Under the pieces are notes generated by a model that ran no database searches, was not told the DNA's origin, and saw only the letters and a program-made list of their open reading frames with translations. A program made the position numbers and the translations under genes. This document shows, one piece after another, positions 1 to 9,784 of a stretch of DNA of 64,000 nt (position 1 is the first letter of the stretch; each line of letters starts with the position of its first letter). Source of the DNA: a bacterium (GTDB taxonomy: Bacteria > Electryoneota > JAOADG01); NCBI GenBank assembly GCA_963681965.1, contig OY820579.1:2944001-3008000 (forward strand), in the 5' to 3' direction.

Positions 1-492
1 TGATCGATGTAAGGTCGCCACGACTTCCTTGTCACCGATCGTTACATCGGCAAAAAGACCGCTCTCAACCTTAAATGGAGATTTGCGATCTTTACAGGTC
101 ACTTTGCCAACGTCGGTTTTCAAGTCGAGTGGAATGCCAACCGGTACGGTTAATTCGTAGTTCACGGAATATCCCTCAACTCCTTTGGGATTTGGCGATT
201 CGATCGAGAGACGATTTCCAACTCGGTGAACATATACTGCAGAGTGATTCAGAATCGCATTCGCTTTGTTCTCGGTTTCAGCAGTCGCATTTCGCACGAT
301 CGCCATCTGAATCCGCGCACCACCTGTTTTTACGACGATGTCACCGTGATCGGTAACGACCGACAACAGGTTGATCCCATTCACATCGAAATCGCGAACA
401 ATCGATTCGTGTTGCGTGACGTGGGCAGCGGCAAAATGCACTCCTGCGACAACAAGTAGTAATACGACAACAAACCAATTCAATTTTTTCAT
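1..492 (-). CDS. Secreted DUF4097-like (adhesin-type beta-strand repeat) protein, 3' end truncated by window edge
   Basis: Not in the ORF track; translated by hand from ATG at 492: MKKLNWFVVVLLLVVAGVHFAAAHVTQHESIVRDFDV...TDHGDIVVKTG...YSVNYELTVPVGIPLDLKTDVGKV..., open to position 1. It has a signal peptide and resembles the neighbouring 548-1363 protein (SINYQVTLP vs SVNYELTVP). Confidence 0.7.
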   Translation of the reverse strand, partial: MKKLNWFVVVLLLVVAGVHFAAAHVTQHESIVRDFDVNGINLLSVVTDHGDIVVKTGGARIQMAIVRNATAETENKANAILNHSAVYVHRVGNRLSIESPNPKGVEGYSVNYELTVPVGIPLDLKTDVGKVTCKDRKSPFKVESGLFADVTIGDKEVVATLHRS

Positions 493-547
493 AAGACCCT
501 CGCAACTTGTGCGTAACAGGTTAAGATCGTAATCTTTTGTTGTTAAA

Positions 548-1363
548 TCAATAGCTCTTTACTTTGATATTGCCATTCGTAGTCGACAGGTTGATCGAAC
601 CAGAACCATCTCCAATCGAGCCTTCCGCATCTGTTTCCTCTTTGTTGAGTCTAATTGACTTTTCAAAGTCGTCTATATCGATCCGACCATTCGTGGTCGA
701 AGCGCGGAAACTGCCGTTACTGTTCTTGGGAATGGATAATTTCACATTTCCGTTTGAAGTCTCAGCTTTTAACTTACCCGATCCAGAGAGATCAACGCGA
801 AGTGATAAAGTTCCATTCGATGTTTCAAACTCAGCCCTGCTCGAGGAGCAATTGGCATTGATGTTCCCATTCGATGTGTTTGCCTTGATCACACCGGAGC
901 AGTTTGTTACTTCGATTGAACCGTTCGTCGAATTCAGCTCTAATTCTGCAGTTCTATCTGTGCATTCAATATTACCGTTAGTCGTTGAAATAAAAGCATT
1001 CATCTGTACTGGCAAGGTTACTTGATAATTTATCGATACATCGTAAAACATCTTCTCGGAATGGATTTGCTTCACTTTAATCCGTTCCCCGGTTTCTTTG
1101 ATATCGACTGTTAGTTTTTGCATGACTTCCCGGCACCCGGATTCTGTCGGACCGTGAACGCGCTTCTCTGCATGAATAATGATTTTATCGGAACTTCCAG
1201 CGATTACTTCAACATTTCCATTAATGTTTGACAGCTCAAAATCGACTTTTCCCGAAGCGGGCAACTCGCGCTGAAAAGTATCTTTTAGCTCAGCACTTAA
1301 AGCGCTTGATAAACCAAAAGCAGAGAAGTAAGCCATTGTTATCATTATGAAGATCCTTTTCAT
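548..1363 (-). CDS. DUF4097 family beta-strand repeat protein (putative adhesin)
   Basis: Signal peptide; repeated S/T-T/S-N-G-x-I motifs; AAGGAG RBS upstream. Confidence 0.8.
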   Translation of the reverse strand: MKRIFIMITMAYFSAFGLSSALSAELKDTFQRELPASGKVDFELSNINGNVEVIAGSSDKIIIHAEKRVHGPTESGCREVMQKLTVDIKETGERIKVKQIHSEKMFYDVSINYQVTLPVQMNAFISTTNGNIECTDRTAELELNSTNGSIEVTNCSGVIKANTSNGNINANCSSSRAEFETSNGTLSLRVDLSGSGKLKAETSNGNVKLSIPKNSNGSFRASTTNGRIDIDDFEKSIRLNKEETDAEGSIGDGSGSINLSTTNGNIKVKSY

Positions 1364-1377
1364 GAAATAGCTCCTTA

Positions 1378-2367
1378 TTACTTGTTGGAAGATTCAGATA
1401 GCAGGTTTGCTATCAAATCGTCAGCGCTTTTGCCTTCAGCTTCGGCATTGAATGTTAGAACGATTCTATGACGCAAAACTGAATTAGCAACAGCTTTAAC
1501 ATCTTCAATTTCAGGCGTCGGTTTTCCGTATAAAGCAGCTCGCGATTTTGCGGCTACAATCAATCCTTGCGAGGCACGTGGACCAGCTCCCCATTTAATA
1601 AAGGACTTTATCTGCGAGGAAGCCTCTTTTTCGTTCGGTCGGGTTTTCCTTACTAACTCAACTGCATACCGAATGACGTTGTCAGCAACTGGGATTCTGC
1701 CGATTAATTCCTGCATACTAATAAGAGCTTCTCCCGATAGGATCGGTTGCAATGTATCGATTCGATACATTCCATTCCCTTTCACGATCGATAACTCCTC
1801 ATCGAAACTTGGGTATTCTACTCGCAACATCAGCAGAAATCGATCTAGCTGTGCTTCAGGTAGTGGATAAGTACCTTCTTGTTCAATCGGATTTTGGGTC
1901 GCAAGCACAAAAAAAGGTTCCTTTAGACGCAATGTTTGACCAGACGTAGTCACTGCGTGCTCTTGCATCGCTTCAAGTAGTGCTGCTTGTGTCTTCGGAG
2001 GTGTTCGGTTGATTTCGTCGGCAAGCACGATTTGCGCGAAAATCGGACCACGCAGAAATCGAAAATGTTTTTTACCGGTTCCGAGTTCGTCTTCGAGGAT
2101 ATCCGTACCGGTAATGTCGGAGGGCATCAGATCGGGGGTAAACTGAATCCGGGCGAAATCCAGCGCTAACAATTTCCCCATTGTCCGAACCAGCAATGTT
2201 TTTGCCAACCCCGGAACACCAACTAAAAGCGCATGTCCTCTGGACAACAAGGCAATCATAATCCCTTCCACCACGGGTTGTTGTCCAATTACAATTGATC
2301 CAACCGATTGTGTTAATTTAAGATATTGCTCTGCGAGGTTTTCCAATGCTTTGCGGTCGTCCACCAA
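1378..2367 (-). CDS. moxR: MoxR family AAA+ ATPase
   Basis: GVPGLAKT Walker A, RIQFTPDLMPSDITG, LADEINR Walker B, ATQNPIEQEGTYPLPEAQLDRF. Confidence 0.93.
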   Translation of the reverse strand: MVDDRKALENLAEQYLKLTQSVGSIVIGQQPVVEGIMIALLSRGHALLVGVPGLAKTLLVRTMGKLLALDFARIQFTPDLMPSDITGTDILEDELGTGKKHFRFLRGPIFAQIVLADEINRTPPKTQAALLEAMQEHAVTTSGQTLRLKEPFFVLATQNPIEQEGTYPLPEAQLDRFLLMLRVEYPSFDEELSIVKGNGMYRIDTLQPILSGEALISMQELIGRIPVADNVIRYAVELVRKTRPNEKEASSQIKSFIKWGAGPRASQGLIVAAKSRAALYGKPTPEIEDVKAVANSVLRHRIVLTFNAEAEGKSADDLIANLLSESSNK

Positions 2368-2596
2368 GTGCTCCTGTAACTTCAGTATAATTGTAAGAAA
2401 ATGGAAATTCGGGTGAGAGATCGAGTAGCGATCCTCGACTTAAACCCGTATCGTATCTATAGGTTCCTAATTAAGATAGAATACGATGAAATCGCAAAGC
2501 ATCCAACAACCTGCTCCGACCAGTGAAGCGAGGTAATACAGTACATCCGCTTGTACAGCATACTTACTTGGACACCGATCCAACCGAGGAGTTACA

Positions 2597-4933
2597 GTGA
2601 TCTTGAAACTACGTAATCTTTTAATAATTAATATAATATTATTGGGATTGATTGGTATCAGCGTTAGTGCAGAGCAATCATTTTCGCCGATTTCGACGCG
2701 ACTTAGCCCTCCTCGGTATGCCAAAATTGAAGTAATCAATCAGGATAAACCGGCAATCACCAAACTGATTCACGGTGGTTATGATATTCAGGGAATGTCG
2801 AGTACACATAATTTTATCTTGATTGCCGACGATGATGACCGAGCACAATTGTCAGCCGATGGTATCGTTTGGCGCGAGTTGGAATCTGATTTATCTGCGT
2901 ATTTTCAACATCGACTTACAACTGAAAGTCAAGATTTAGTGGGTGGTTATCCCAGTTATCAGGAAACAATCGATTCGTTAAATCTATACCGCCAGCAATT
3001 TCCCAATTTAGTGTCAGCACCTGTTTCAATCGGTACTACTACTGAAAACCGCAGTATGTACATGATTCGAGTGACTCATAATCCCGACAGTATCGATCAG
3101 AAACCGCAAGTGTTCTACAATGGCTTAATACATTCTCGTGAAGCCATTACGCACACACAACTTCTCTACTTCATTCGATATCTGATTAGCCATTACAATA
3201 CCGATCAACGGGTTCGGAACATACTGGATACTCGAGCACTTTACTTCGTTCCATTAATCAATCCCGATGGTTATGTTTACAATGAGCAGTCCAGTCCCAG
3301 TGGCGGCGGCTTGTGGCGGAAAAATCGAGCAGTAGTGGGTGGTCGTATTGTCGGTGTCGATTTAAATCGAAATTTCGATGCTCATTGGGGATACGATGAT
3401 ATCGGTTCCAGTTCACAGTCGCGTTCCGACAGCTATCGTGGAACTGTGGCTTTTAGTGAACCGGAATCGCGCGCAATCCGCGACTTCTGCAATTCACATC
3501 GGTTTCGTGTGACTGTGAACTATCACTCATTTTCCAATCTCGTACTGTATCCGATGAGTTACCGACGGGAATATACCCGCGATAACCTGTTTTACAACAA
3601 TATGGGACATCGATTAGGCGATCCGAATCGATATCAAATCGGCACACCCTGGTGGTTGCTTTATACGGTTAACGGCGATGCGATCGAATGGCAGTATTCG
3701 AATTCTCCCGATTCTGTCAAGAATTTTGCATTTGGTATCGAAGTCGGCGACTCTACTGATAGTTTCTGGCCGGCACGATCGCGAATTTCAACGCTCTGTC
3801 AGAGTTTAATTGAACCGAATCTTCGACTTGCAGAAATCGCCAATGAACCAAGGATCGTACTACCGCCACCGGTACCGCTTATCATTTCTGCAGACACGAT
3901 CCAATCGACTCAAGCGATTCAATGGTCGACTAATCCGGATGAGCAGATTAATCCAGCTACGAACTGGGATCTGCGCGCGTCGAATACATACCCTACCGGA
4001 AATGAGAATTTCGATTCGACATCAATCCACAACTGGATTTCGAACGGAGTAATGCAGAATGATAGTCTCACAGCCCGTGGTCAATATGCCATGCGATTTG
4101 CCAATACGAACTCAACGACTTCGTACCTAGTCAATCGGTACCCAATTCCAATTCATTCAACCGATACACTTTCCTATCGGATCTGGTACGATATCGAAAC
4201 AGATTACGATTATTTCGTTGCACAGATCTCGACTGATGACGGTATTACTTGGTTTTCACTCCCGGGGAATCTCACAACGACCACTGATCCGAATCATCAG
4301 AATTGGGATTACGGAATCACTGGGACGTCCAATCACCTCTTTGTTCAAGCACGACATCCATTGATACAATACGCCGGCAAATCTGCCCTCTTGCGGCTTA
4401 TTTATATAACTGATGCCGCAACACTCAATGCCGGAGTTTGGATCGACAACGTAACACCATCACTTCTAGTGACTGAACCTTGGACAATTCATCACAACAA
4501 TCTGTTAAATGCATCTGATTCGCTCCCTGCGGGAAATTGGATCATCCAGATTAGAGCACGTGATGCTCAAGGTGATACTTCCGCATGGTCGCTCCCGACA
4601 TTGGTTACGATATCTTCATCTAATGCCATTTCTAATCGGGATCTTTCAATTCCAATTTCATTTGGGTTCGACCGAACTTATCCGAATCCCTTCAACAATT
4701 CGATTGCCATCACGTTTTCACTTACTGATCGAGCAAATACCGTTTTATCGATTTACAATACTAGCGGTCAGATCGTTTACCGCTACTCTTTCGGAATACG
4801 ACCTGCCGGTCAGTACTCTACCAGTTGGAATGGAATCAGTAACACCGGATCCTTGACCAGTTCAGGGGTATACTTCTTACAACTTTCCAGTGGGCAACAA
4901 GTAAGTCATCGTAAAATCCTCCTCGTTAAGTAA
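2597..4933 (+). CDS. Secreted M14 zinc carboxypeptidase (carboxypeptidase T-like) with jelly-roll domain and T9SS-like/FlgD C-terminal domain
   Basis: HSRE zinc motif, NPDG, WRKNR, GVDLNRN, YHSF, GIEVG; WYDIETDYDY jelly-roll segment; YPNPFN...SSGVYFLQL tail; GAGG RBS before GTG. Confidence 0.9.
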   Translation: MILKLRNLLIINIILLGLIGISVSAEQSFSPISTRLSPPRYAKIEVINQDKPAITKLIHGGYDIQGMSSTHNFILIADDDDRAQLSADGIVWRELESDLSAYFQHRLTTESQDLVGGYPSYQETIDSLNLYRQQFPNLVSAPVSIGTTTENRSMYMIRVTHNPDSIDQKPQVFYNGLIHSREAITHTQLLYFIRYLISHYNTDQRVRNILDTRALYFVPLINPDGYVYNEQSSPSGGGLWRKNRAVVGGRIVGVDLNRNFDAHWGYDDIGSSSQSRSDSYRGTVAFSEPESRAIRDFCNSHRFRVTVNYHSFSNLVLYPMSYRREYTRDNLFYNNMGHRLGDPNRYQIGTPWWLLYTVNGDAIEWQYSNSPDSVKNFAFGIEVGDSTDSFWPARSRISTLCQSLIEPNLRLAEIANEPRIVLPPPVPLIISADTIQSTQAIQWSTNPDEQINPATNWDLRASNTYPTGNENFDSTSIHNWISNGVMQNDSLTARGQYAMRFANTNSTTSYLVNRYPIPIHSTDTLSYRIWYDIETDYDYFVAQISTDDGITWFSLPGNLTTTTDPNHQNWDYGITGTSNHLFVQARHPLIQYAGKSALLRLIYITDAATLNAGVWIDNVTPSLLVTEPWTIHHNNLLNASDSLPAGNWIIQIRARDAQGDTSAWSLPTLVTISSSNAISNRDLSIPISFGFDRTYPNPFNNSIAITFSLTDRANTVLSIYNTSGQIVYRYSFGIRPAGQYSTSWNGISNTGSLTSSGVYFLQLSSGQQVSHRKILLVK

Positions 4934-4955
4934 TTTTAACCATTCTATTTACGTT

Positions 4956-4986
4956 TGCTGGCAACAATCCGTTGCCAGCGATTTTT
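4956..4986 (+). terminator. Intrinsic terminator
   Basis: GCTGGCAAC-aatcc-GTTGCCAGC hairpin followed by T-run after the carboxypeptidase stop. Confidence 0.65.
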
Positions 4987-5179
4987 GGTCAATATTCCCG
5001 AAAAAAAGAGATCAATTTCTTCTTCATCTAAAAAATTTGTTCCGGCTTGATAAATACTACTTTTGGACTGAAGTATTCGTAACACTATATTGAAGTATTA
5101 CGATTTTCGAAATAATTCGTATCATTCTGCTAATAACAATATTTATCGGAATTACGAATATCAAACAATAGGATCTGCG

Positions 5180-5470
5180 ATGAAAGTCAACTGTGAGAGC
5201 TGTAAGGGAACTTGGAATGCGTCGGAAAAAATCGGTACGTCGCGGAACTGCCCCCACTGTGGAAAACAAGGAAAATTGAAGTGTACTTGCAACAAGTGCA
5301 AGAAAACAATGATTCCCGATCAAACTTTTGAGAAGAATCAAACGAATATGATGAATCTGTACGCAACGAATCTGGTTATTCAATGCCCTAAATGTAAATT
5401 CATTGGTCATTGGGCAGATTTTGAATTGGTTCTGACCAAAGGTGGTGGATTGTTTGGTTTCAGTTTTTAA
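5180..5470 (+). CDS. Small Cys-rich (double zinc-ribbon-like) hypothetical protein
   Basis: ATG at 5180 preceded by AGGA; CESC, CPHC, CTCNKC and CPKC motifs in 96 aa. Confidence 0.6.
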   Translation: MKVNCESCKGTWNASEKIGTSRNCPHCGKQGKLKCTCNKCKKTMIPDQTFEKNQTNMMNLYATNLVIQCPKCKFIGHWADFELVLTKGGGLFGFSF

Positions 5471-5611
5471 TTTTCTACTAGTTAAGAACGAAGTCAATGA
5501 AAGCATCGGTTGATGAACCGATGCTTTTCAATTTTTTGGGTCCAGATTGGAATCTTGCAGAGGATAAAGTTCTTTATTATCTTCACTCGCTTGATGAATG
5601 TCAGAGCTTCG

Positions 5612-5685
5612 GGGCGATTAGCTCAGTTGGCTAGAGCACCTGCTTTACACGCAGGGGGTCACTGGTTCGAGCCCGGTATCGCCCA
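5612..5685 (+). tRNA. tRNA-Val (anticodon TAC)
   Basis: GGGCGAT/ATCGCCC acceptor stem, TAGCTCAGTTGGCTAGAGC D-arm, CCTGC-TTTACAC-GCAGG anticodon arm, GGTTCGAGCC T-loop; CCA not encoded. Confidence 0.97.
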
Positions 5686-5792
5686 CACAAAACAGGAACA
5701 TAATGTTCCTGTTTTTTTGTATTGATCTTTCCAAATCTGACGAATGGGAGTCGAAACGTGTAGAAACCTCGACCAAAGCTAACAAACACAAT
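5635..5792 (+). repeat. 158-bp direct repeat, copy 1 (attL-like; tRNA-Val 3' part plus downstream)
   Basis: Matches 10202-10359 with 2 mismatches seen (gatcTttcCaaat vs gatcAttcTaaat). Confidence 0.93.
5689..5718 (+). terminator. Intrinsic terminator of tRNA-Val
   Basis: AAAACAGGAACA-taa-TGTTCCTGTTTTTTT. Confidence 0.75.
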
Positions 5793-5870
5793 GTGAGGTG
5801 GTACCCTCCGTTTGGACAGTTTTGTGCGAATCTTAGTTAGATTGCACTGCCCACTGTCTGCTGTTTCTTG

Positions 5871-6680
5871 TCAGGCAGCTGCCTGACAAGAAAGATTTCT
5901 TAGACTATCGGTGTAGACTTCATCTGGGGTTTGATAGCCCAAGCCTTGGTGCGAACGTTCGCTGTTGTAGAACGAAAAATATTCACCGATACTGCGCTCT
6001 GCAATGCGAACTGAATCGTACCCTTTCAAGTATACTTCCTCGTACTTCAACGACTTCCACAATCGTTCGACAAAACGGTTATCCATCCACCGACCTTTAC
6101 CATCCATACTGATCCGAACGCCTGCCTCTTTCAAAACATCCGTAAATGCGACGCTGGTAAACTGACACCCTTGATCGCTGTTGAAGATCTCAGGCTTCCC
6201 ATACTTCGACAACGCATCCTTCAATGCTTCCACACAGGAATGCGTATCCAGCGTATTCGACAACCGCCACGACAACACCTTGCGACTGAACCAGTCGATC
6301 ACCGCCACCAGGTACATAAAACCCTTTGCCAGTGGGATGTACGTGATGTCGGTCGCCCATACTTGATTCGCGCGATCAACCGTCAAGTCGCGAAGCAAGT
6401 ACGGATAAATCTTGTGTTCCTTGTCAGGAACCGTCGTACGCGGCTTGCGGTACAATGCTTCCAGACCCAGGATGCGTAGCAAGGAACGAACCTTTTTCCG
6501 ACCAACATCGATACCCTGCTTCGATAACTCCACCACCAGTTTACGGGCACCGTAGAACGGAACCTTCAGGTGAAGCTCATCCAGCGTTCGCAACAGCATC
6601 AAATTGTTCGAATCAAGCGGAACAGGGCGATAGTAGTAACTGCTGCGTGGAACCTTGATCAAAGAACACTGCTGAACCAA
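5871..6680 (-). CDS. IS3 transposase OrfB (DDE/rve integrase core), expressed as OrfAB by -1 frameshift
   Basis: [35 protein letters not shown]; frame continues upstream as FSKGAQSLGRSEREALIDP. Confidence 0.95.
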   Translation of the reverse strand: MVQQCSLIKVPRSSYYYRPVPLDSNNLMLLRTLDELHLKVPFYGARKLVVELSKQGIDVGRKKVRSLLRILGLEALYRKPRTTVPDKEHKIYPYLLRDLTVDRANQVWATDITYIPLAKGFMYLVAVIDWFSRKVLSWRLSNTLDTHSCVEALKDALSKYGKPEIFNSDQGCQFTSVAFTDVLKEAGVRISMDGKGRWMDNRFVERLWKSLKYEEVYLKGYDSVRIAERSIGEYFSFYNSERSHQGLGYQTPDEVYTDSLRNLSCQAAA

Positions 6681-6703
6681 CGGTAAACGGGCACCCGGAT
6701 CGA

Positions 6704-7006
6704 TCAGCGCTTCACGCTCAGAACGCCCAAGCGACTGAGCCCCTTTGCTAAAAAATCGTTTTCCATCGTTAACTGGCCGATCTTGGCGCGCAGCTCCTTA
6801 AGATCTACTTCTTCACTTCCTGACGATTCAGTTTTGCCAAATACCGATGCAGCATGATCCAAAAGCTGCTTCTTCCACTGACTGATCTGGTTCGGATGAA
6901 CTTGATATAGACTTGATAGTTCAGATACTGTCTTATCACCCTTGAGTGCGGCTAATGCTACCGTCGCCTTGAAATCAGGCGATAATGTCCGTCGTAAACC
7001 CGACAT
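6704..7006 (-). CDS. IS3 transposase OrfA (HTH_Tnp_1)
   Basis: MSGLRRTLSPDFKATVALAAL...VHPNQISQWKKQLL...KIGQLTMENDFL; GGGAG RBS before ATG at 7006. Confidence 0.92.
   Translation of the reverse strand: MSGLRRTLSPDFKATVALAALKGDKTVSELSSLYQVHPNQISQWKKQLLDHAASVFGKTESSGSEEVDLKELRAKIGQLTMENDFLAKGLSRLGVLSVKR
6749..6755 (-). other. -1 programmed ribosomal frameshift slippery site T TTT TTA
   Basis: GAT TTT TTA GCA in OrfA; a -1 shift joins the OrfB frame without stops. Confidence 0.8.
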
Positions 7007-7249
7007 TGTAAACTCCCTGCTTGCTGTCAAAATATCGGGCAAAGCAATCTAACTAACAAACTGTCCAGGAAAACGGGACCACTTCACTTATCCCTCCAGT
7101 AGCGACTTTCCAAGTGTACGTGTGAAAGGAAACCGTTCGAGCTGCAGCATGTATCGAAATTAAACTGATAAGTGTGCAGAAAAGGAGAGAATATTTGACG
7201 ATTGACCGCATGGTAAACTCCTTTACAGTGAAAGAAAGTTGTGAACTGA

Positions 7250-9784
7250 TTACTTGAGAAGCATCATCTTACGTGTTACAACCTGCTTTCCGATTTGAAG
7301 TCGGTAAAAATAAATTCCAGTTGGCAACGTTTGCGCATCGAAGCGGACGCGATACTCTCCGGCATCTTTTTGAGCATCAACCAAGGTGGATACCTGTTGC
7401 CCGATCAGATTGAAGACCGTCAATTTGACGTGTGAAAAAGTTGGAACTGAATAGTGAATCAGCGTTGATGAATTGAACGGGTTGGGATAATTCTGTACTC
7501 GTGCAAATTCAATCGGAAATATAAATCTATTTTCTTTTGCAGCTTCTTGGTGCAGTTGAATACAAGAAATAAAACAATCGCCATAATATGTTCCCCCATT
7601 GTAGGTAGTATCATAACCGTTTGTCGATACAGGAAAATTATTACTTGTGGTCATACCAACAATAATGAAATTTCTTGATCTAGTTATTTCAAGTCCGTAT
7701 GCTTGATCTCTTCCATTCCCACCGAGAAATGTACTATAAATTAAATTAGAAAGTGATGAATCTAATTTTGATAAATAGCAATCGAAAGAACCACCATTAT
7801 AATCTGAATCAAAGGATTCAATAGAAGTTGGAAAATTTACACAACTAGTATATCCTGCAATTGTAATACTATTCAAAGTATCTTCTTTAACAGCTGTTGG
7901 TCCAGTAATGCCAAGTGACGTTCCAAAATAAGTACTATGCAATAAGTGAGAACCACTTGAATCGATTAACGTTATAAAACATCGTGTACTATCGCTTCGG
8001 GTTGTATCAAATGCATTCTGAGTAACTGGAAAATTCATACTACGAGTTATTCCATCTACTATAACTCCAGAAAGTGAACTTAATTCAATGTTCACACCTA
8101 CATCTTGTCCAGAACCACCAAGAAAAGTACTGTAGATCAATTGCATACAATTAGTATCTACTTTTACAATATAGCAATCTTGAATCCCTCCATTGTAGGT
8201 AGTATCGAATGAAGAAATAGTCGTAGGAAAACTTTGATTCGTCGAAAAACCAGTTATAACCAGACCATCACGAGACCGAGTCAAGTCAAATACTCCATCA
8301 TTTCCCGAGCTTCCTAAATATGTGCTTGCAATTAAGTTCATAGCATCATTACTTAAATGAGCTATATAACAATCTATTCCCCCATTTAAAATGCGCTGAA
8401 AAGCTGTTGTTGTAGTTGGGAAATCATTACTTTGAGTGACTCCAGTTATGAAACAGCCACCAGTTGAATCACTAGTAATACTGATCACATCGTCTCCACT
8501 AGAACCGCCTATTGTTGTACTATATATAATTTGGTTTCCTATTTGATTGAGTCTAGTGATAAAACCGTCAGAAATACCTGAAAGTCTAGAACCGTTAGTT
8601 GTTGGAAAATCAATACTGTAGGTTTTTCCAGCAATAATAAAACCACTACTTCCATCATTACAGATATCACTCCCCTCATCTCCATTTGATCCACCTAGGA
8701 AAGTGCTAAAAATTAGTTCAGTTCTATTTTCGTTAAATTGTGACACAAAACAATCATTATTATTGAATGTTCTATCAAGTGCACCAGGCGTTGTAGGGAA
8801 ATTGGTGCTCTCTGTACTGCCAATTATTGTAACATGATTCTCATTATTGTAGTTGATTGCTCGCCCACCATCATCTCCACTCCCCCCCAAATAGGTGCTG
8901 TACACCAGCGGATCGATTCGGAGCGTTTGCGCGGGGTCGTACCCATTCGGCAAATCGATCGCGAAGAGATTCCCCGCCAAGAGTCTGAATTGTGCCTCGA
9001 CATCGTTTCCGCGTACACCATTCGCAGTGGTTTGGTATGCCCCCGGAATTTTCATCCGCAATTCACCCAATGAGATGGGAAGGAGGAGTTGGGAATCGGG
9101 TGTTAGGTCAAGAGGATCGTCCAACCCCGCACACACCATCTTGATTTGTTTCGGATCGGCACCGGGGTGAATCACAAAATCGAATTCGAGATGACCCTTG
9201 CTCTCATACCACTCGACATCGATGCCATCCCACACTTCGTGATACACCACGCGAGAGAAATTCCGACAATCCGGTGCCCACTTCGACGAATCATTCCCCA
9301 AGAAATAATTGTTGTGCCATGAAAATTCCCCCTGTGCATCGATGGATTTTGCGCAAGTGTATTTTCGTGGGTCGGAATTTCTTCCGACATCCTTTTGTGT
9401 CGTGCATTCGCCGACAAATTTGAATTTGAGAGCGTGCGATTTTAGTGCATATCGTGGTAGAAGATCGCGATCCATCGGATCGAAACGGGTATTGTCGAGT
9501 GGTTTCGTCGAATCAATCACGGACGTAACGAGGGTAACGCCATCGCGCTCAAGGAACCACGTGAACCCATCGCGCCGCACCTCGCATTTGTAGACAACGG
9601 CGGAATCCCACTGTCCCTTATTCTCCGTAAACTGGAATGAGTGCGGGAGTCGCGATGATTGCACACTGACACCTTGCACCACACTGATCGCACACAACAC
9701 GAACATCAGCACCAAACACGTTGATCCTCGGTGTGATCTATATTTTCGGATGTCTGCTAGCCGGTTATGGGATTTCGGTTTCAT
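7250..9784 (-). CDS. Secreted SBBP beta-propeller repeat protein with conserved N-terminal domain and T9SS-like CTD
   Basis: FTENKGQW...NYFLGND...GIDVEWY...IDPLVYSTYLGGS N-terminal domain; repeated YSTFLGGSGxD / SxNFPTT units; YPNPFN tail; AAGGAG RBS before ATG 9784. Confidence 0.88.
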   Translation of the reverse strand: MKPKSHNRLADIRKYRSHRGSTCLVLMFVLCAISVVQGVSVQSSRLPHSFQFTENKGQWDSAVVYKCEVRRDGFTWFLERDGVTLVTSVIDSTKPLDNTRFDPMDRDLLPRYALKSHALKFKFVGECTTQKDVGRNSDPRKYTCAKSIDAQGEFSWHNNYFLGNDSSKWAPDCRNFSRVVYHEVWDGIDVEWYESKGHLEFDFVIHPGADPKQIKMVCAGLDDPLDLTPDSQLLLPISLGELRMKIPGAYQTTANGVRGNDVEAQFRLLAGNLFAIDLPNGYDPAQTLRIDPLVYSTYLGGSGDDGGRAINYNNENHVTIIGSTESTNFPTTPGALDRTFNNNDCFVSQFNENRTELIFSTFLGGSNGDEGSDICNDGSSGFIIAGKTYSIDFPTTNGSRLSGISDGFITRLNQIGNQIIYSTTIGGSSGDDVISITSDSTGGCFITGVTQSNDFPTTTTAFQRILNGGIDCYIAHLSNDAMNLIASTYLGSSGNDGVFDLTRSRDGLVITGFSTNQSFPTTISSFDTTYNGGIQDCYIVKVDTNCMQLIYSTFLGGSGQDVGVNIELSSLSGVIVDGITRSMNFPVTQNAFDTTRSDSTRCFITLIDSSGSHLLHSTYFGTSLGITGPTAVKEDTLNSITIAGYTSCVNFPTSIESFDSDYNGGSFDCYLSKLDSSLSNLIYSTFLGGNGRDQAYGLEITRSRNFIIVGMTTSNNFPVSTNGYDTTYNGGTYYGDCFISCIQLHQEAAKENRFIFPIEFARVQNYPNPFNSSTLIHYSVPTFSHVKLTVFNLIGQQVSTLVDAQKDAGEYRVRFDAQTLPTGIYFYRLQIGKQVVTRKMMLLK

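Larger units (their letters stand above)
5794..7086 (-). mobile_element. IS3 family insertion sequence (1293 bp)
   Basis: TG...CA ends; imperfect IRs TGAGGTGGTACCCTCCGTTTGGACAGTTT and (reverse complement) TGAAGTGGTCCCGTTTTCCTGGACAGTTT; orfA/orfB pair; no target duplication visible. Confidence 0.92.

Noticed and set aside
75-459. Plus-strand ORFs 75-356 and 226-459
   Set aside because: Shadows of the minus-strand secreted protein starting at 492.
5510-5725. 71-aa ORF (and 10132-10356)
   Set aside because: These are translations across the tRNA and att repeat.
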